Source: a virus. From it: 64,000 nucleotides of DNA. The notes under the pieces were generated by a model, which was given only the letters and a program-made list of their open reading frames with translations, was not told where the DNA came from and searched no databases. Position numbers and translations under genes: made by a program. Shown in pieces: positions 37,813 through 46,869 of this stretch (positions are counted from its first letter, which is position 1; every line of letters begins with the position of its first letter). The stretch is taken from the IMG/VR virus record IMGVR_UViG_3300046373_000099, positions 2,383-66,382 of that record, one strand, 5' to 3'.

Positions 37813-38996
37813 TTGTCGTTGGCCACGGCAACCAAAGCCCGCTCCACCCTCATGATGGCTCGACCGATGGCTTCCGGGATTTGCGGGCAAACGGCGTCGC
37901 CGAACGCTTCGACGATGAGGGATGCTGCAGCAGTCCCTTTTGGACCGCCGACCGCAATGCGCGACTTAGCCACCCAGCCGGATAGCCCATCATCCACCCG
38001 TAGGTGACCGGCAAGGCCGCTGTTCCAGTCAGCCCATGGCTCTGGAGGATGTGGGCAAGTGCTCGGGCTCCCGCCCATTTGTCCGACGCACGACCCGTCA
38101 TTGCACCGTCCATCACTGCATCCATCGTCGGGCTCTTGCGTCGGTCGTAGGCTGGGCTCCACCCATCCATCCGCTTGTCCCGCTTCGTTGGAGTTGGCAG
38201 GGTTTCGAGTCTCATCGCCCCATCCATTAGAGCGTCCAGTTTCGGTGACCGGCGACGGGCGTACGCTTCCGACCACGGCTCCAGTTTCCCATCGTTCTTT
38301 ACTGGCGTCGGAAGGTAGCGCGGCATCCCCGCATGCCTCGACGGGTATCCCCGCAACTGGCTCAGCACATCCCCTCGCCCACCCCTGTCCGCATCTGTCT
38401 TGCGAGGTGTGGCCAACATCACATTCCAAGGGCGGCACGATTCCCATTTTTGCATGCTTGGCGCTGCGAAATTTTCCTGCGTCGTCGGCGTGTGAAAGAT
38501 TGAACCCGATAAGCCAGCTTCGCTTGCGCTCGTGGTTGGCGCCGATGTCTCCAGCACTAACCACGAATGGCCAGCAGGTGTAGCCGATTGCCGCCAGTGC
38601 ATCGATGACCCGGTCTGCGCCTCGAGTTCTGAGATTAGCGCTATTTTCAAGAGCGAACCAACGAGGTCTGCATTCGTCAATGATGCGGACAGCTTCGAAA
38701 TAGAGGCTGGAGCGCTCCCCGTCGACGCCTTTTCCTTTTGTGTTGGCGCTGCTGATGTCCTGGCACGGCGGGCTGCCAACGACGATGTCGGGGAGTCCGT
38801 GACCGTCCCGAATAAGTCGGTCTGCTGTAAGTGTGGTGACATCGTCATAAATAGGGACTCCCGGGTTGTTCTCCGAATAGAGGGTGCGACGCCAATCTAC
38901 GACTTCGCAGGCGGCCATGGTGCGATAGCCGGCGCGGTGCATCCCAAGGGACCACCCGCCCGCCGCCGCGCTGAATAGGTCAAGGACTTTGATCAA
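37770..38996 (-). CDS. C5 cytosine DNA methyltransferase (alpha chain)
   Basis: VLDLFS..GG, GSPPCQ, LENS, HERKRSW, motif X FGDAVCPQ. Confidence 0.9.
   Translation of the reverse strand: MIKVLDLFSAAAGGWSLGMHRAGYRTMAACEVVDWRRTLYSENNPGVPIYDDVTTLTADRLIRDGHGLPDIVVGSPPCQDISSANTKGKGVDGERSSLYFEAVRIIDECRPRWFALENSANLRTRGADRVIDALAAIGYTCWPFVVSAGDIGANHERKRSWLIGFNLSHADDAGKFRSAKHAKMGIVPPLECDVGHTSQDRCGQGWARGCAEPVAGIPVEACGDAALPSDASKERWETGAVVGSVRPSPVTETGRSNGWGDETRNPANSNEAGQADGWVEPSLRPTQEPDDGCSDGRCNDGSCVGQMGGSPSTCPHPPEPWADWNSGLAGHLRVDDGLSGWVAKSRIAVGGPKGTAAASLIVEAFGDAVCPQIPEAIGRAIMRVERALVAVANDNYQSTPATTKVSHA
37850..38848 (-). CDS. Alternative-frame methyltransferase partner (motif IX/TRD-bearing beta chain); start uncertain
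   Basis: Nested ORF with (L)PTP..D repeats and WMMGYPAGW. Confidence 0.65.
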   Translation of the reverse strand: MTMSPHLQQTDLFGTVTDSPTSSLAARRARTSAAPTQKEKASTGSAPASISKLSASLTNADLVGSLLKIALISELEAQTGSSMHWRQSATPAGHSWLVLETSAPTTSASEAGLSGSIFHTPTTQENFAAPSMQKWESCRPWNVMLATPRKTDADRGGRGDVLSQLRGYPSRHAGMPRYLPTPVKNDGKLEPWSEAYARRRSPKLDALMDGAMRLETLPTPTKRDKRMDGWSPAYDRRKSPTMDAVMDGAMTGRASDKWAGARALAHILQSHGLTGTAALPVTYGWMMGYPAGWLSRALRSAVQKGLLQHPSSSKRSATPFARKSRKPSVEPS

Positions 38997-39382
38997 AACG
39001 GTGCCTCCTCTCTCAACAACCGCCGAAGCGTATCCCCAAACGCCATCACCACCCGCTTGCACAGCATGCGGGCGTCAAGCTCGTCCATCAGGGCAAGGTC
39101 GGTGAGTCCTCGCTCTTCAAGGAACTCTCCGACGGCTTCCATACATCCCTCCAGCGCCTTGACCTCGTAGACGTCGAATCGGCGCATACTGCGGACGGTC
39201 TCGACGAGGGCGCAACACTCGATGCAGAGGTAGCCAGGATCCTTGTCGCCACGGGATGTGAAGCCTACGCCGACACCGATGGCGCGCATTGAGCAGATGC
39301 GGCAGGTTGATGGGTCTCCGTGCTCGTCGGATGTTGGAGTTATTGGTAGGATTGGCTTCTTGTGGTTCGGCATCGGGGCCAT
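38993..39382 (-). CDS. Hypothetical protein with CxxC pairs
   Basis: CRIC..CIEC. Confidence 0.6.
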   Translation of the reverse strand: MAPMPNHKKPILPITPTSDEHGDPSTCRICSMRAIGVGVGFTSRGDKDPGYLCIECCALVETVRSMRRFDVYEVKALEGCMEAVGEFLEERGLTDLALMDELDARMLCKRVVMAFGDTLRRLLREEAPF

Positions 39383-40219
39383 TTATGCAGCTTCTTGGGT
39401 GTGGTGGTTGGTGGACGCACCAGCTTGCGCGGGAGCGTTATCGTTGGCCGGAGCCGCAAACATATCTGCATGCTTGACCTTGCGGCTCGGCGCCTCAGTG
39501 AACATGTCGCCCTGCGCATACGCCTTTTCGATACGCTCACAAGCCACGTCGAAATACTTTGGGTCGAGTTCAATACCGATGAACTTGCGGCCCATCTTGG
39601 CACACGCAACGCCTGTCGTCCCAGAGCCTGCGAACGGATCCAGAATGGTCTGGCCGGGATTGGTGAAGTCCTGCAGAAGTTCCCGCATCAGGGGAATCGG
39701 CTTTTCGGTGGGGTGCCTGCCGTCGCGGTCGCGCTGGTTGGTGAGATGGGTGTAGACGCCACGCTTGCCGCCTGCGTTCCATTTGGCGTGGCCGGTGCCA
39801 TTCCATGCGGTGACGAAGCACTCGGCGCCCTGCCCCGGTCCCTGCCCGTTTAACTGGGGTGTCGCATCAGGCTTCACCCACAGGCAGCCGCGTTTGTATT
39901 TCATCGGTGAAGCGTTGATGGCCTCGGCCCAGTAGGCGACGCCTTCGATAGTGCAGAACGCGATAAACCAGCCGGTGCAGACGCGGTGCGCAGCGTCAAC
40001 GACTGACTGGCGGATGGTGTCGATTGAAGCGAAATCCAAACCCTTGAGGTCCGGACCCTTATCTGCGCGGACCCGTCCGCGCAGACTGTTCTTCGACGCG
40101 TGAAGGCTTTCTTCATAAGGCGGATCCGAAATCACGTGGTCGACCGGCGCAAGGCCAGCCATGACTTCCAGGCAATCGCCGTTGTAAAGTGTAGCGTCGC
40201 CGATGCGCTCAATTCTCAT
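39383..40219 (-). CDS. N4-C/N6-A DNA methyltransferase (beta class)
   Basis: SDPPY, HPTEKP, LDPFAGSGTTG. Confidence 0.92.
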   Translation of the reverse strand: MRIERIGDATLYNGDCLEVMAGLAPVDHVISDPPYEESLHASKNSLRGRVRADKGPDLKGLDFASIDTIRQSVVDAAHRVCTGWFIAFCTIEGVAYWAEAINASPMKYKRGCLWVKPDATPQLNGQGPGQGAECFVTAWNGTGHAKWNAGGKRGVYTHLTNQRDRDGRHPTEKPIPLMRELLQDFTNPGQTILDPFAGSGTTGVACAKMGRKFIGIELDPKYFDVACERIEKAYAQGDMFTEAPSRKVKHADMFAAPANDNAPAQAGASTNHHTQEAA

Positions 40220-40300
40220 AACGTCTCCTCATGTGCGGTTTAATCAGCGATGCGCGTGGTAAGCGCACCGCTTGTAGGTGGTATGGAATGGGTGATAATG

Positions 40301-40681
40301 TTAGGCGTTGTGCCGCGGTCTGTTCTCAAACTGCACGCCAACAGACTGGACGATTTTATAGTCCGACAAATGCTTGCCGTCGCAGATGAGCGTGTATCCG
40401 TCTGCGGTCATGTCGAGGTGGCTGACCTTCAGATACGGCGTGCCGTCTCGGAAGTTGTCGTTTGCCACCACCTGCTTGTACATGAAATGGCGTTTCCGGC
40501 GCACGGCTGCCGTGAAGTGGAACACCTTGAGAACGTCGCCCACCATGATCTCACGGCCCGTCTTGTCGTGAACGGCACGCGCCCCGACCGAAGATTGACT
40601 ACAAAGTTTGGACAGTGCGGCGATATCCACCGCCTTCGTCGGGAACACGCCGTCAATCATCTGGCTGGTCAGAGACTGCAT
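40301..40681 (-). CDS. YopX-like protein
   Basis: DKTGREIMVGDVLK. Confidence 0.5.
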   Translation of the reverse strand: MQSLTSQMIDGVFPTKAVDIAALSKLCSQSSVGARAVHDKTGREIMVGDVLKVFHFTAAVRRKRHFMYKQVVANDNFRDGTPYLKVSHLDMTADGYTLICDGKHLSDYKIVQSVGVQFENRPRHNA

Positions 40682-41082
40682 CACTTCCACTCCCTCGTCC
40701 ATTCAGCCTCATGCCAGGCGCGCGAATAAGCGCCATCCTCACGAAACTGCCAAAACCGCGATGTCCGCTCATGCGGCCCCGGCAGAATGAGCGTCCAGCA
40801 ATCTCCGCTGGGCAGTGCCTCCATGCGATGAATGTGGGTGGCGGCAATATCGAAACTATCCCCCGGCTTGCGCTCGACCAGTTCACTCGTTCCGTTAGGC
40901 TGGAAGACGCGCTCAACGTAACCACCGTCCAGGACGATTGAACGGAAACCCCATGGGTGGTCGTGAGGATCGCCTCGATCGATGTCAGCGAAGTGGTGAA
41001 TGACTGGATCAAGCGGCCACGGTCCACGCAGGTGGAACTTCGTCATGGCGTCGCTCATGCGTTCGATGTCAATGGCGGTCAT
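40681..41082 (-). CDS. Cupin-like phage protein
   Basis: HDHPWGFRSIVLDGGYVE..HIHR. Confidence 0.65.
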   Translation of the reverse strand: MTAIDIERMSDAMTKFHLRGPWPLDPVIHHFADIDRGDPHDHPWGFRSIVLDGGYVERVFQPNGTSELVERKPGDSFDIAATHIHRMEALPSGDCWTLILPGPHERTSRFWQFREDGAYSRAWHEAEWTREWK

Positions 41083-41855
41083 GCTCTCGCCCTCCCTGCA
41101 GTCGCTACTTTGTCTTCCACGACCCGAAAGCCTTCAATCTTCCGCACGCCCGAATGCACGTCGGCATCTGCCAGCTTCTGGATGAACTCGTGGAACACGC
41201 CGGGGTTCTTGTCGTAGTACCAAGTCAGCGCAGCAAAGGCGTCCACCAACTCCGCTCGCCAAACTGTCCGCAGTCCCGTCCCCGTCGTCGCAGCCTTGTC
41301 AGCACGGGCCGCTTGCTTTGTTACCGACGCAGCGTGAGCCAACAACTCCTCAGCCTCAACACGCGCCGCGAGGTTGCCCGAGGACGCGCGAATGGCCTCT
41401 TGGGCTATGCGGGTGGCCTCTGCTGCCTTCTCGGCTGCTAGGGCGGCTTCTGCGGCGGCTGCCTTGGACTTGGCTGTGCGCCATACTGACAGGAGATCGG
41501 ACAGCGCGGACTTGCCGAGATCCACTTTTCCCTTCTTCGGCTGTATGAAGGGATTATAGCGCGCCTGCACGGCTGCTGCCGCGTCGTCGTGCGGCTTCTT
41601 CTCGGCTACGCGCAACTCATCGGCCCGCTTGCCAGCAGCATGCAGGCCGTCATAGAGCTTTGTGATAGCGGCTGCCGTGGCTTCGTCGGCGATAGGCTCG
41701 CCGTCTGCGAAATTCTTGGCTTCGTCGAAGAGGTCATTAATCTCGGTGAAGACTTCTGGCTCGACGTTATCGTTCGCAGGCTGGTTGTGATCCTTCGGGA
41801 ACTCGGCGGTCTCGATGGCCCGCGTTGCCATTGGGTTGAACTCGGCGGCGGTCAT
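41079..41855 (-). CDS. Coiled-coil phage protein
   Basis: Helical, Ala-rich; ends RKIEGFRV. Confidence 0.6.
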   Translation of the reverse strand: MTAAEFNPMATRAIETAEFPKDHNQPANDNVEPEVFTEINDLFDEAKNFADGEPIADEATAAAITKLYDGLHAAGKRADELRVAEKKPHDDAAAAVQARYNPFIQPKKGKVDLGKSALSDLLSVWRTAKSKAAAAEAALAAEKAAEATRIAQEAIRASSGNLAARVEAEELLAHAASVTKQAARADKAATTGTGLRTVWRAELVDAFAALTWYYDKNPGVFHEFIQKLADADVHSGVRKIEGFRVVEDKVATAGRARA

Positions 41856-42073
41856 GCTTGCACCACGCGGTAGGCGATGATGTCGTAGTCCGGGTCGCTT
41901 TCGTCAAAGACCCACTGAGTGCCTTCGTCGCCATCTGAATGCCAAAAGCCAGCCCTGCCGACTCGGGTGTCTCCGTCGCGGAACCGAAGCTCCACCTTTT
42001 CGTCCACGTCTACAGGTAGGCCCTTGCCGTCGTGATCAATCCAGTCGTCTCTTCTCTCTGCAGTCATATTCAT
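41852..42073 (-). CDS. Hypothetical protein
   Basis: WIDHDGKGLPV..DIIAYRV; RBS present. Confidence 0.6.
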   Translation of the reverse strand: MNMTAERRDDWIDHDGKGLPVDVDEKVELRFRDGDTRVGRAGFWHSDGDEGTQWVFDESDPDYDIIAYRVVQA

Positions 42074-42109
42074 CTCCTCTTGTGGTGGTGTGCGCTGGTG
42101 GGCGCGTGG

Positions 42110-42298
42110 TTACGTGTATTGGATGGGGTCAATCTTGGCGCGGCGCTGTAATTCTTTCCAGTGAGCACCCCAGTCCGTTCGCGGTTCTTCCTCCGCCCGC
42201 ACCACCTCCCACCCCGCCGCACGAAGCGCGGCTAGGATGACGGCGGCTTTGATGGGGCCGGTCTCGGTGGCGATGATTTCGTTTGGAGATGGGGTCAT
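42110..42298 (-). CDS. Hypothetical protein
   Basis: Coupled ORF. Confidence 0.5.
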   Translation of the reverse strand: MTPSPNEIIATETGPIKAAVILAALRAAGWEVVRAEEEPRTDWGAHWKELQRRAKIDPIQYT

Positions 42299-42657
42299 GG
42301 TGTTGGCGGCGTGATTAGACGCAACACGGCACGAATTGCAGCGGCCGAACGACTGCTGCTGCGCGCTGCCGACCGAGCATCATTCGAAATTCGAAGCTGA
42401 CGCATTGTAAAGTCGTCACGCGCCCCCGAGTGAAACGCGTCGACATGAGGCTTGAGCGCGACATGAAGCAGGCTTTCCGCGTAGTCAGACGCCTCAAAGC
42501 CAGAGGCTAGGATTTCCAACTCTTCGCGGTGCTCTTCCGACAGGACGAAGTCAGCCAAATCCCACGGTCCATGGTCTTCACCGGTCATTGCCGCCAGTTT
42601 TTCGCCGTCGGCGATTAACGCGCGGCGCATTTCTTCTTCATATCTTCTCTCGCTCAC
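42295..42657 (-). CDS. Hypothetical protein
   Basis: AGGAGAC RBS. Confidence 0.55.
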   Translation of the reverse strand: MSERRYEEEMRRALIADGEKLAAMTGEDHGPWDLADFVLSEEHREELEILASGFEASDYAESLLHVALKPHVDAFHSGARDDFTMRQLRISNDARSAARSSSRSAAAIRAVLRLITPPTP

Positions 42658-42860
42658 ATCAGTCTCCTTGGTGTGGTTTAATGGGTATTTAGAATTCTCA
42701 TGGCCTCGCGGCGCTCAATGGTCTCGCGCATATTGAGGACGGCTCCCTCTAATTCTAGTCGTCCAACCATTGCCATGATCTCCTTAGCCCAAGCCACCGT
42801 TCCAAGTTTATTGAAGTAAGCCATCATCAGTCTCCTCAGTGTGGTGGTGTGGTAATTATC

Positions 42861-42889
42861 ACAGTAGTTTATATTTACAAAATTGTCAA
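42861..42889 (-). promoter_or_regulatory. Repeated sigma70 promoter/operator, copy 3
   Basis: TTGACA-attttgtaaatataaac-TACTGT. Confidence 0.85.
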
Positions 42890-42891
42890 CG

Positions 42892-44688
42892 CTAGAATGG
42901 AATCTCGTCGTCCATGTCCCGCGCCCACTTGCCGTTATCGTTCGCCGGCGCTGGCTGGTTATCGTTGGCGGCTGGTGCGCGTTCGCCCAGTTTGAAGTCC
43001 TTGATTGTCGGGTACCTGTGATTCCCGCTGTAGTCTAGTTGGACCTCTGTCACCGGCATGAGTTCGTTTTGACGTTCCAAAAACTCGATGACAGTTTTAG
43101 GAAATGGTCGATTGCCCCCCATAGATATCCACCACCGGTCAGCCTTGCCTTTTGGAAAGGCGCGCTTACTTGGCTCCGGATGCTCCATGTGCTGCGGGCA
43201 AAGGAACTCATTCACAGTCTTGCGACCAACGGTATAGGTGCACCAGACAGACGGCGGGTTGCCATCTTCTTTAGGCGTCTTGTACTTAAAAGACCTGTCC
43301 TCGACTGAGAACCAAGGCTTTTCCGTCGACAGAACAGGAGCGGCCGCAGCCTCGGCCGTAATCTTCTCCTCTTCATTCGGAGGGAAGATGTAGCCGCAGC
43401 AATGGCACTTCATGAACGAGATCGGTATGGCCTCGCCGCAGCCCCAGTTGCCGTTTTCATCCTGCTTGCCACCGGGCGTCTCTTCCGTCGGGCAAACCTT
43501 CTTAGGTTGTTCGCCGTCACCGCTGCCAGGTTCTTTCGGTCGGATCTGGTCGATCGGCCCGTGGTATGCCAGATTCTTGCCGTGGTCGGCAATGAGGCAG
43601 TCATCCTTGCCGGGATAGTTGCGCGTCCCGCGCCCTAGAATCTGGACGAGCTTTCCGGCCGATTTCGTCGACAAGATGAGCGAAATAAAGTCCACAAACG
43701 GAAAGTTCGTGCCCGTCGTGATCATCGATACCGACGAAATCGCCCAGTATTTACCAGACCGGAATCCCTCGAAAATCTCCTTGGTCTGGTGCGCGTTGTC
43801 GCTGGTCAGGACTGCGCAGGTCCGCCCATGCCGACGGATCGCCTCGGCTATGTGATTGGCATTCTCCTTGCTGGTCGAGAAGAACAAGGCGGCACGGCGG
43901 CCTTCCGACATAACCATATCTTCAGCGACCGCCTCTTCTATGATCTTCTCTGCCGCTGCCGACACCTCGCCGGGGATGTATTCACCGCCGCGTGTGTGCA
44001 GGCCCTTCAGGTCAATCTTGCTGGTCGTCTTCTGGCTGGTTAGGCGCGTGAGGTAGCCCTGCTCCATCAACTCGGCGATGCCGATTTCATAGACTACGTC
44101 GTCGAACAGCTTGACGCGCTTTGGCTTGACCAGCACAGCCTTTCCGTCCTCGTCTTCAGCGACCAGTTCTTCCTCGTCTTCGCCGTCCGTCAGGCGGCCG
44201 GAATCCATGCGGTAGTCGGTGGCGGTGGTTCCCGCTACGCGACTGTCCGGATTGCGTGCGCGCACGTCAGCGAAGAACTTGCCGTACTGCGTGTCGGCGT
44301 TGCGGCTGATGGCGTGGGCCTCGTCAACCAGAATGAGGTCGATGTCGCCAAGCTGGTCAACCTTGTTCCATACCGATTGAATGCCGCAGAACAGCACCTG
44401 CGCCCTCGCATCCCGCCGATTGAGGCTGGCAGAGTAGATTCCGGCTGGTGCGAAGGGCTGAAGGCCAATGAACTCCTTGAAGTTCTGCTCGACCAGGCTT
44501 GCCGAATGCGTGACGTTGACGATCCGCATAGTCGGATAGTCAGCCAGCAGTTCCTCAATGATCTTGGCAATGACGAGCGCTTTGCCGGCGCCGGTCGGCA
44601 GGACGATAAGGCCGTTGCCTCCGCCGTTTTGCCAGTAGGTGTACAGCTCGTCGATTGCGGCTCTTTGGTAGTCGCGGAGTTCTAGCAT
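42892..44688 (-). CDS. SF2 DEAD/DEAH helicase (RadD/YejH-like)
   Basis: LRDYQ, PTGAGK, DEAH, QILGRGTR, Zn ribbon. Confidence 0.92.
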   Translation of the reverse strand: MLELRDYQRAAIDELYTYWQNGGGNGLIVLPTGAGKALVIAKIIEELLADYPTMRIVNVTHSASLVEQNFKEFIGLQPFAPAGIYSASLNRRDARAQVLFCGIQSVWNKVDQLGDIDLILVDEAHAISRNADTQYGKFFADVRARNPDSRVAGTTATDYRMDSGRLTDGEDEEELVAEDEDGKAVLVKPKRVKLFDDVVYEIGIAELMEQGYLTRLTSQKTTSKIDLKGLHTRGGEYIPGEVSAAAEKIIEEAVAEDMVMSEGRRAALFFSTSKENANHIAEAIRRHGRTCAVLTSDNAHQTKEIFEGFRSGKYWAISSVSMITTGTNFPFVDFISLILSTKSAGKLVQILGRGTRNYPGKDDCLIADHGKNLAYHGPIDQIRPKEPGSGDGEQPKKVCPTEETPGGKQDENGNWGCGEAIPISFMKCHCCGYIFPPNEEEKITAEAAAAPVLSTEKPWFSVEDRSFKYKTPKEDGNPPSVWCTYTVGRKTVNEFLCPQHMEHPEPSKRAFPKGKADRWWISMGGNRPFPKTVIEFLERQNELMPVTEVQLDYSGNHRYPTIKDFKLGERAPAANDNQPAPANDNGKWARDMDDEIPF

Positions 44689-45080
44689 GCGCTGACATCC
44701 TCAAATTCAATCCCAGCGGCAACAAGACGCGACCGCATGTCGGCGGTGCCAGTTCCGCCGGGGAAGACGAGCCCATAGTCAGGGCGCCATTCGTCGATCA
44801 TCAGTTGATTGCGGCGAGTGCCTGCGGTGACGTCATACGGCTTGCCGCTACGTGAGTAGCGCACGACGGCATCAGGATGGTCGATGTCATCCCATGGCGC
44901 AGGGCAAGGCTGGAGCGGAACGCCATTGCGGATGGCCCACACGCGAGCACGGGTATCCAGGCCAGCCGCCTCTACCTCAATGAGCAAGGTGATGGGTCGG
45001 CGTGCGTGAAGCTCGCTTAGGGCGGCGAAGATGCGCGCAGTGTCGCTGTAGTTGCGACCGCCTGTTACGACCAGCCTCAT
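44682..45080 (-). CDS. SLOG/YspA-like (DUF2493) protein
   Basis: VVTGGRNY..RRNQLM..FPGGTGTADM. Confidence 0.8.
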   Translation of the reverse strand: MRLVVTGGRNYSDTARIFAALSELHARRPITLLIEVEAAGLDTRARVWAIRNGVPLQPCPAPWDDIDHPDAVVRYSRSGKPYDVTAGTRRNQLMIDEWRPDYGLVFPGGTGTADMRSRLVAAGIEFEDVSAC

Positions 45081-45220
45081 GCCGCCACCTTCATCTCTTC
45101 ACGAGCCTCATCCCTCGCCATAGCCTGCGCCAACCGAATCGCGTCAGCCTTCACAACGATCCAGCCCGCCGCCTTCAACTTCGCCAGCACGTCTGGCCCG
45201 ACGATTGCAGCGGGGGTCAT
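45077..45220 (-). CDS. Small hypothetical protein (47 aa)
   Basis: MTPAAIVGPDVLAKLKAAGW...KVAA; ATGA-coupled on both sides. Confidence 0.55.
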   Translation of the reverse strand: MTPAAIVGPDVLAKLKAAGWIVVKADAIRLAQAMARDEAREEMKVAA

Positions 45221-45717
45221 GCTGCCACCATGCGGCGGGAAGAGCGCTTGACGACCATAGCGCGCGCTTCTTCTTCGATCTGGCGCGTTCTTTCGCGACT
45301 GATGCCCAAGTCCTCACCGATCTCGCGCAGCTTCTCGCCCATTGCTCGGCGGAGAAGGATACCGCCTTCACGGGTTGCCATCATGTCCAGAACTTGGGAA
45401 AGCTCGACATGGTCGTCTTGGGTTGCCTGAACGGCGGCCGTGTCGTAGTGAAACTCTGAATCGACAATGTGAAGCTTCTTCAGCTTGCGCTGATTGCAGA
45501 TGCGCCCGCGCATCGTCCAATACAGCCAGTTCCACATGCCGCCGTCCTCACGGAAGTTCTGCCACTTATCCAGCGCTTCAATGATGGTGTCGGTGACGAG
45601 GTCGTTGCGGATTTCTTGATTCTTCTCCAGCTTGTAGGAGAGATTTCTAAGGCCTGGCATATAGGCCATTACGCGGGCGTCAAAAGCGGCTGGCCGTTCT
45701 GCTGTGGTGGCGGTCAT
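45217..45717 (-). CDS. Sigma-70-like (ECF-size) factor
   Basis: Region 2 DLVTDTIIEAL..WLY; region 4 LREIGEDLGISRERTRQIE. Confidence 0.8.
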   Translation of the reverse strand: MTATTAERPAAFDARVMAYMPGLRNLSYKLEKNQEIRNDLVTDTIIEALDKWQNFREDGGMWNWLYWTMRGRICNQRKLKKLHIVDSEFHYDTAAVQATQDDHVELSQVLDMMATREGGILLRRAMGEKLREIGEDLGISRERTRQIEEEARAMVVKRSSRRMVAA

Positions 45718-45742
45718 ATTGGTCTCCTCATGTGGTGGTGGT

Positions 45743-46672
45743 CTAGGCGTTGGTTGCGCCGTCGATCCAGATTTCGCCTGTCTTGAGGCGGTAAGTCACG
45801 GTCTCGTCGGCCTCGGAGCAATCAATTTGCTCACCCGGCACAAGCACGGGAATCGTCAAATGGGCAGGGCAAGCGGACTTCTGTTCGTCGAAGGCGATCG
45901 GCTTGCTGAATCGTGAGCAAGACCAGTGTCCGTCTCCTCCCATTTCAGGGGTGCTATAAAGGCATGAGCGGCAGGTCACGCGCGGCCAAGCATCTTCCTT
46001 GCAGACGGCCTTGTGCTTGCAAAAAAGGCACTCGAACCAGTCCGCCTTATCCGAGATGCGCGATGGCGGCTCGTCCATATTGACGATGCGCTCAAGCCTT
46101 GCCAGCAGGCGCAGGGTCCATTCCAAATCGTATTCTATCCTCTCGGCATAGAGCGTGTCGTCGTCCTTCGACGCAACGAGATACAACGCCCGAGTCAGGC
46201 CAAAGGCGTGCATTCCCAACTGGCACTGGCCGTAATGCAATGGCTTGACGACCTTGCATCCGTCTTTAATGATCAGCTTCATGCCCTTGGCATTGCTACT
46301 TTTGAATTCCAGAAGGTGCTCTGTCTTAGGGGCTTCCGGAATGCCCATGCCCTTGCCGTCGCATTTGCCACGGACATGGCCTTGCACGAGCCGAATGCGG
46401 TCCTGCGAACCGTAGACATCAACGCCGATACGCTCCAGATCCTCGACAAGCCGCGACTCCTCCAGGTTGCCCGTCTGGAAGAGCCGCAGTTGCCGACCGG
46501 TATGTTTCTCCAAAGGAGTGCACCAGCGGAACGAATACCAAAGCTGACGATCGCAAGGCGCGTTCGCTTCGCCGACGGAGATGCCAAGGCTGTCCCAGTA
46601 TTCTGCGACGGATTCGTAGGCGGCATAGATGGCGCGAACCGTACTGGATTCTATCTTCGGAATCGGGGCCAT
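45743..46672 (-). CDS. Cas4-like PD-(D/E)XK exonuclease
   Basis: PCDRQLWY, GKCDG, LEFKS, C-terminal Cys cluster. Confidence 0.8.
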   Translation of the reverse strand: MAPIPKIESSTVRAIYAAYESVAEYWDSLGISVGEANAPCDRQLWYSFRWCTPLEKHTGRQLRLFQTGNLEESRLVEDLERIGVDVYGSQDRIRLVQGHVRGKCDGKGMGIPEAPKTEHLLEFKSSNAKGMKLIIKDGCKVVKPLHYGQCQLGMHAFGLTRALYLVASKDDDTLYAERIEYDLEWTLRLLARLERIVNMDEPPSRISDKADWFECLFCKHKAVCKEDAWPRVTCRSCLYSTPEMGGDGHWSCSRFSKPIAFDEQKSACPAHLTIPVLVPGEQIDCSEADETVTYRLKTGEIWIDGATNA

Positions 46673-46866
46673 TAGCCTGGGTTACCCCACGACGACTGAT
46701 GCGGCTGGTCCTTCAGCGCGAACGCCTCATTGCACCGATTGATAGACCACCACTTCGGGCGAGCCGTCCTTTCAAGGATCGACATGGCCGCATCTCTGTC
46801 GCCACGCTTCAATTCATCGATTGCGCGATAGACCAGTTCCTTCGTTTCTTCGTGCTTTTTTCCCAT
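46672..46866 (-). CDS. Hypothetical protein
   Basis: ORF in operon. Confidence 0.5.
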   Translation of the reverse strand: MGKKHEETKELVYRAIDELKRGDRDAAMSILERTARPKWWSINRCNEAFALKDQPHQSSWGNPG

Positions 46867-46869
46867 CGT

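Noticed and set aside
45077-45090. All C-terminal AA ends as degrons
   Set aside because: Some (e.g. GGTGGCGGCATGA) can be explained by an overlapping SD plus ATGA coupling; only uncoupled or ANDN-linked cases were weighted.
45743-46672. Cas4 as part of a CRISPR system
   Set aside because: Standalone phage exonuclease in a Sak4/SSB recombination module.
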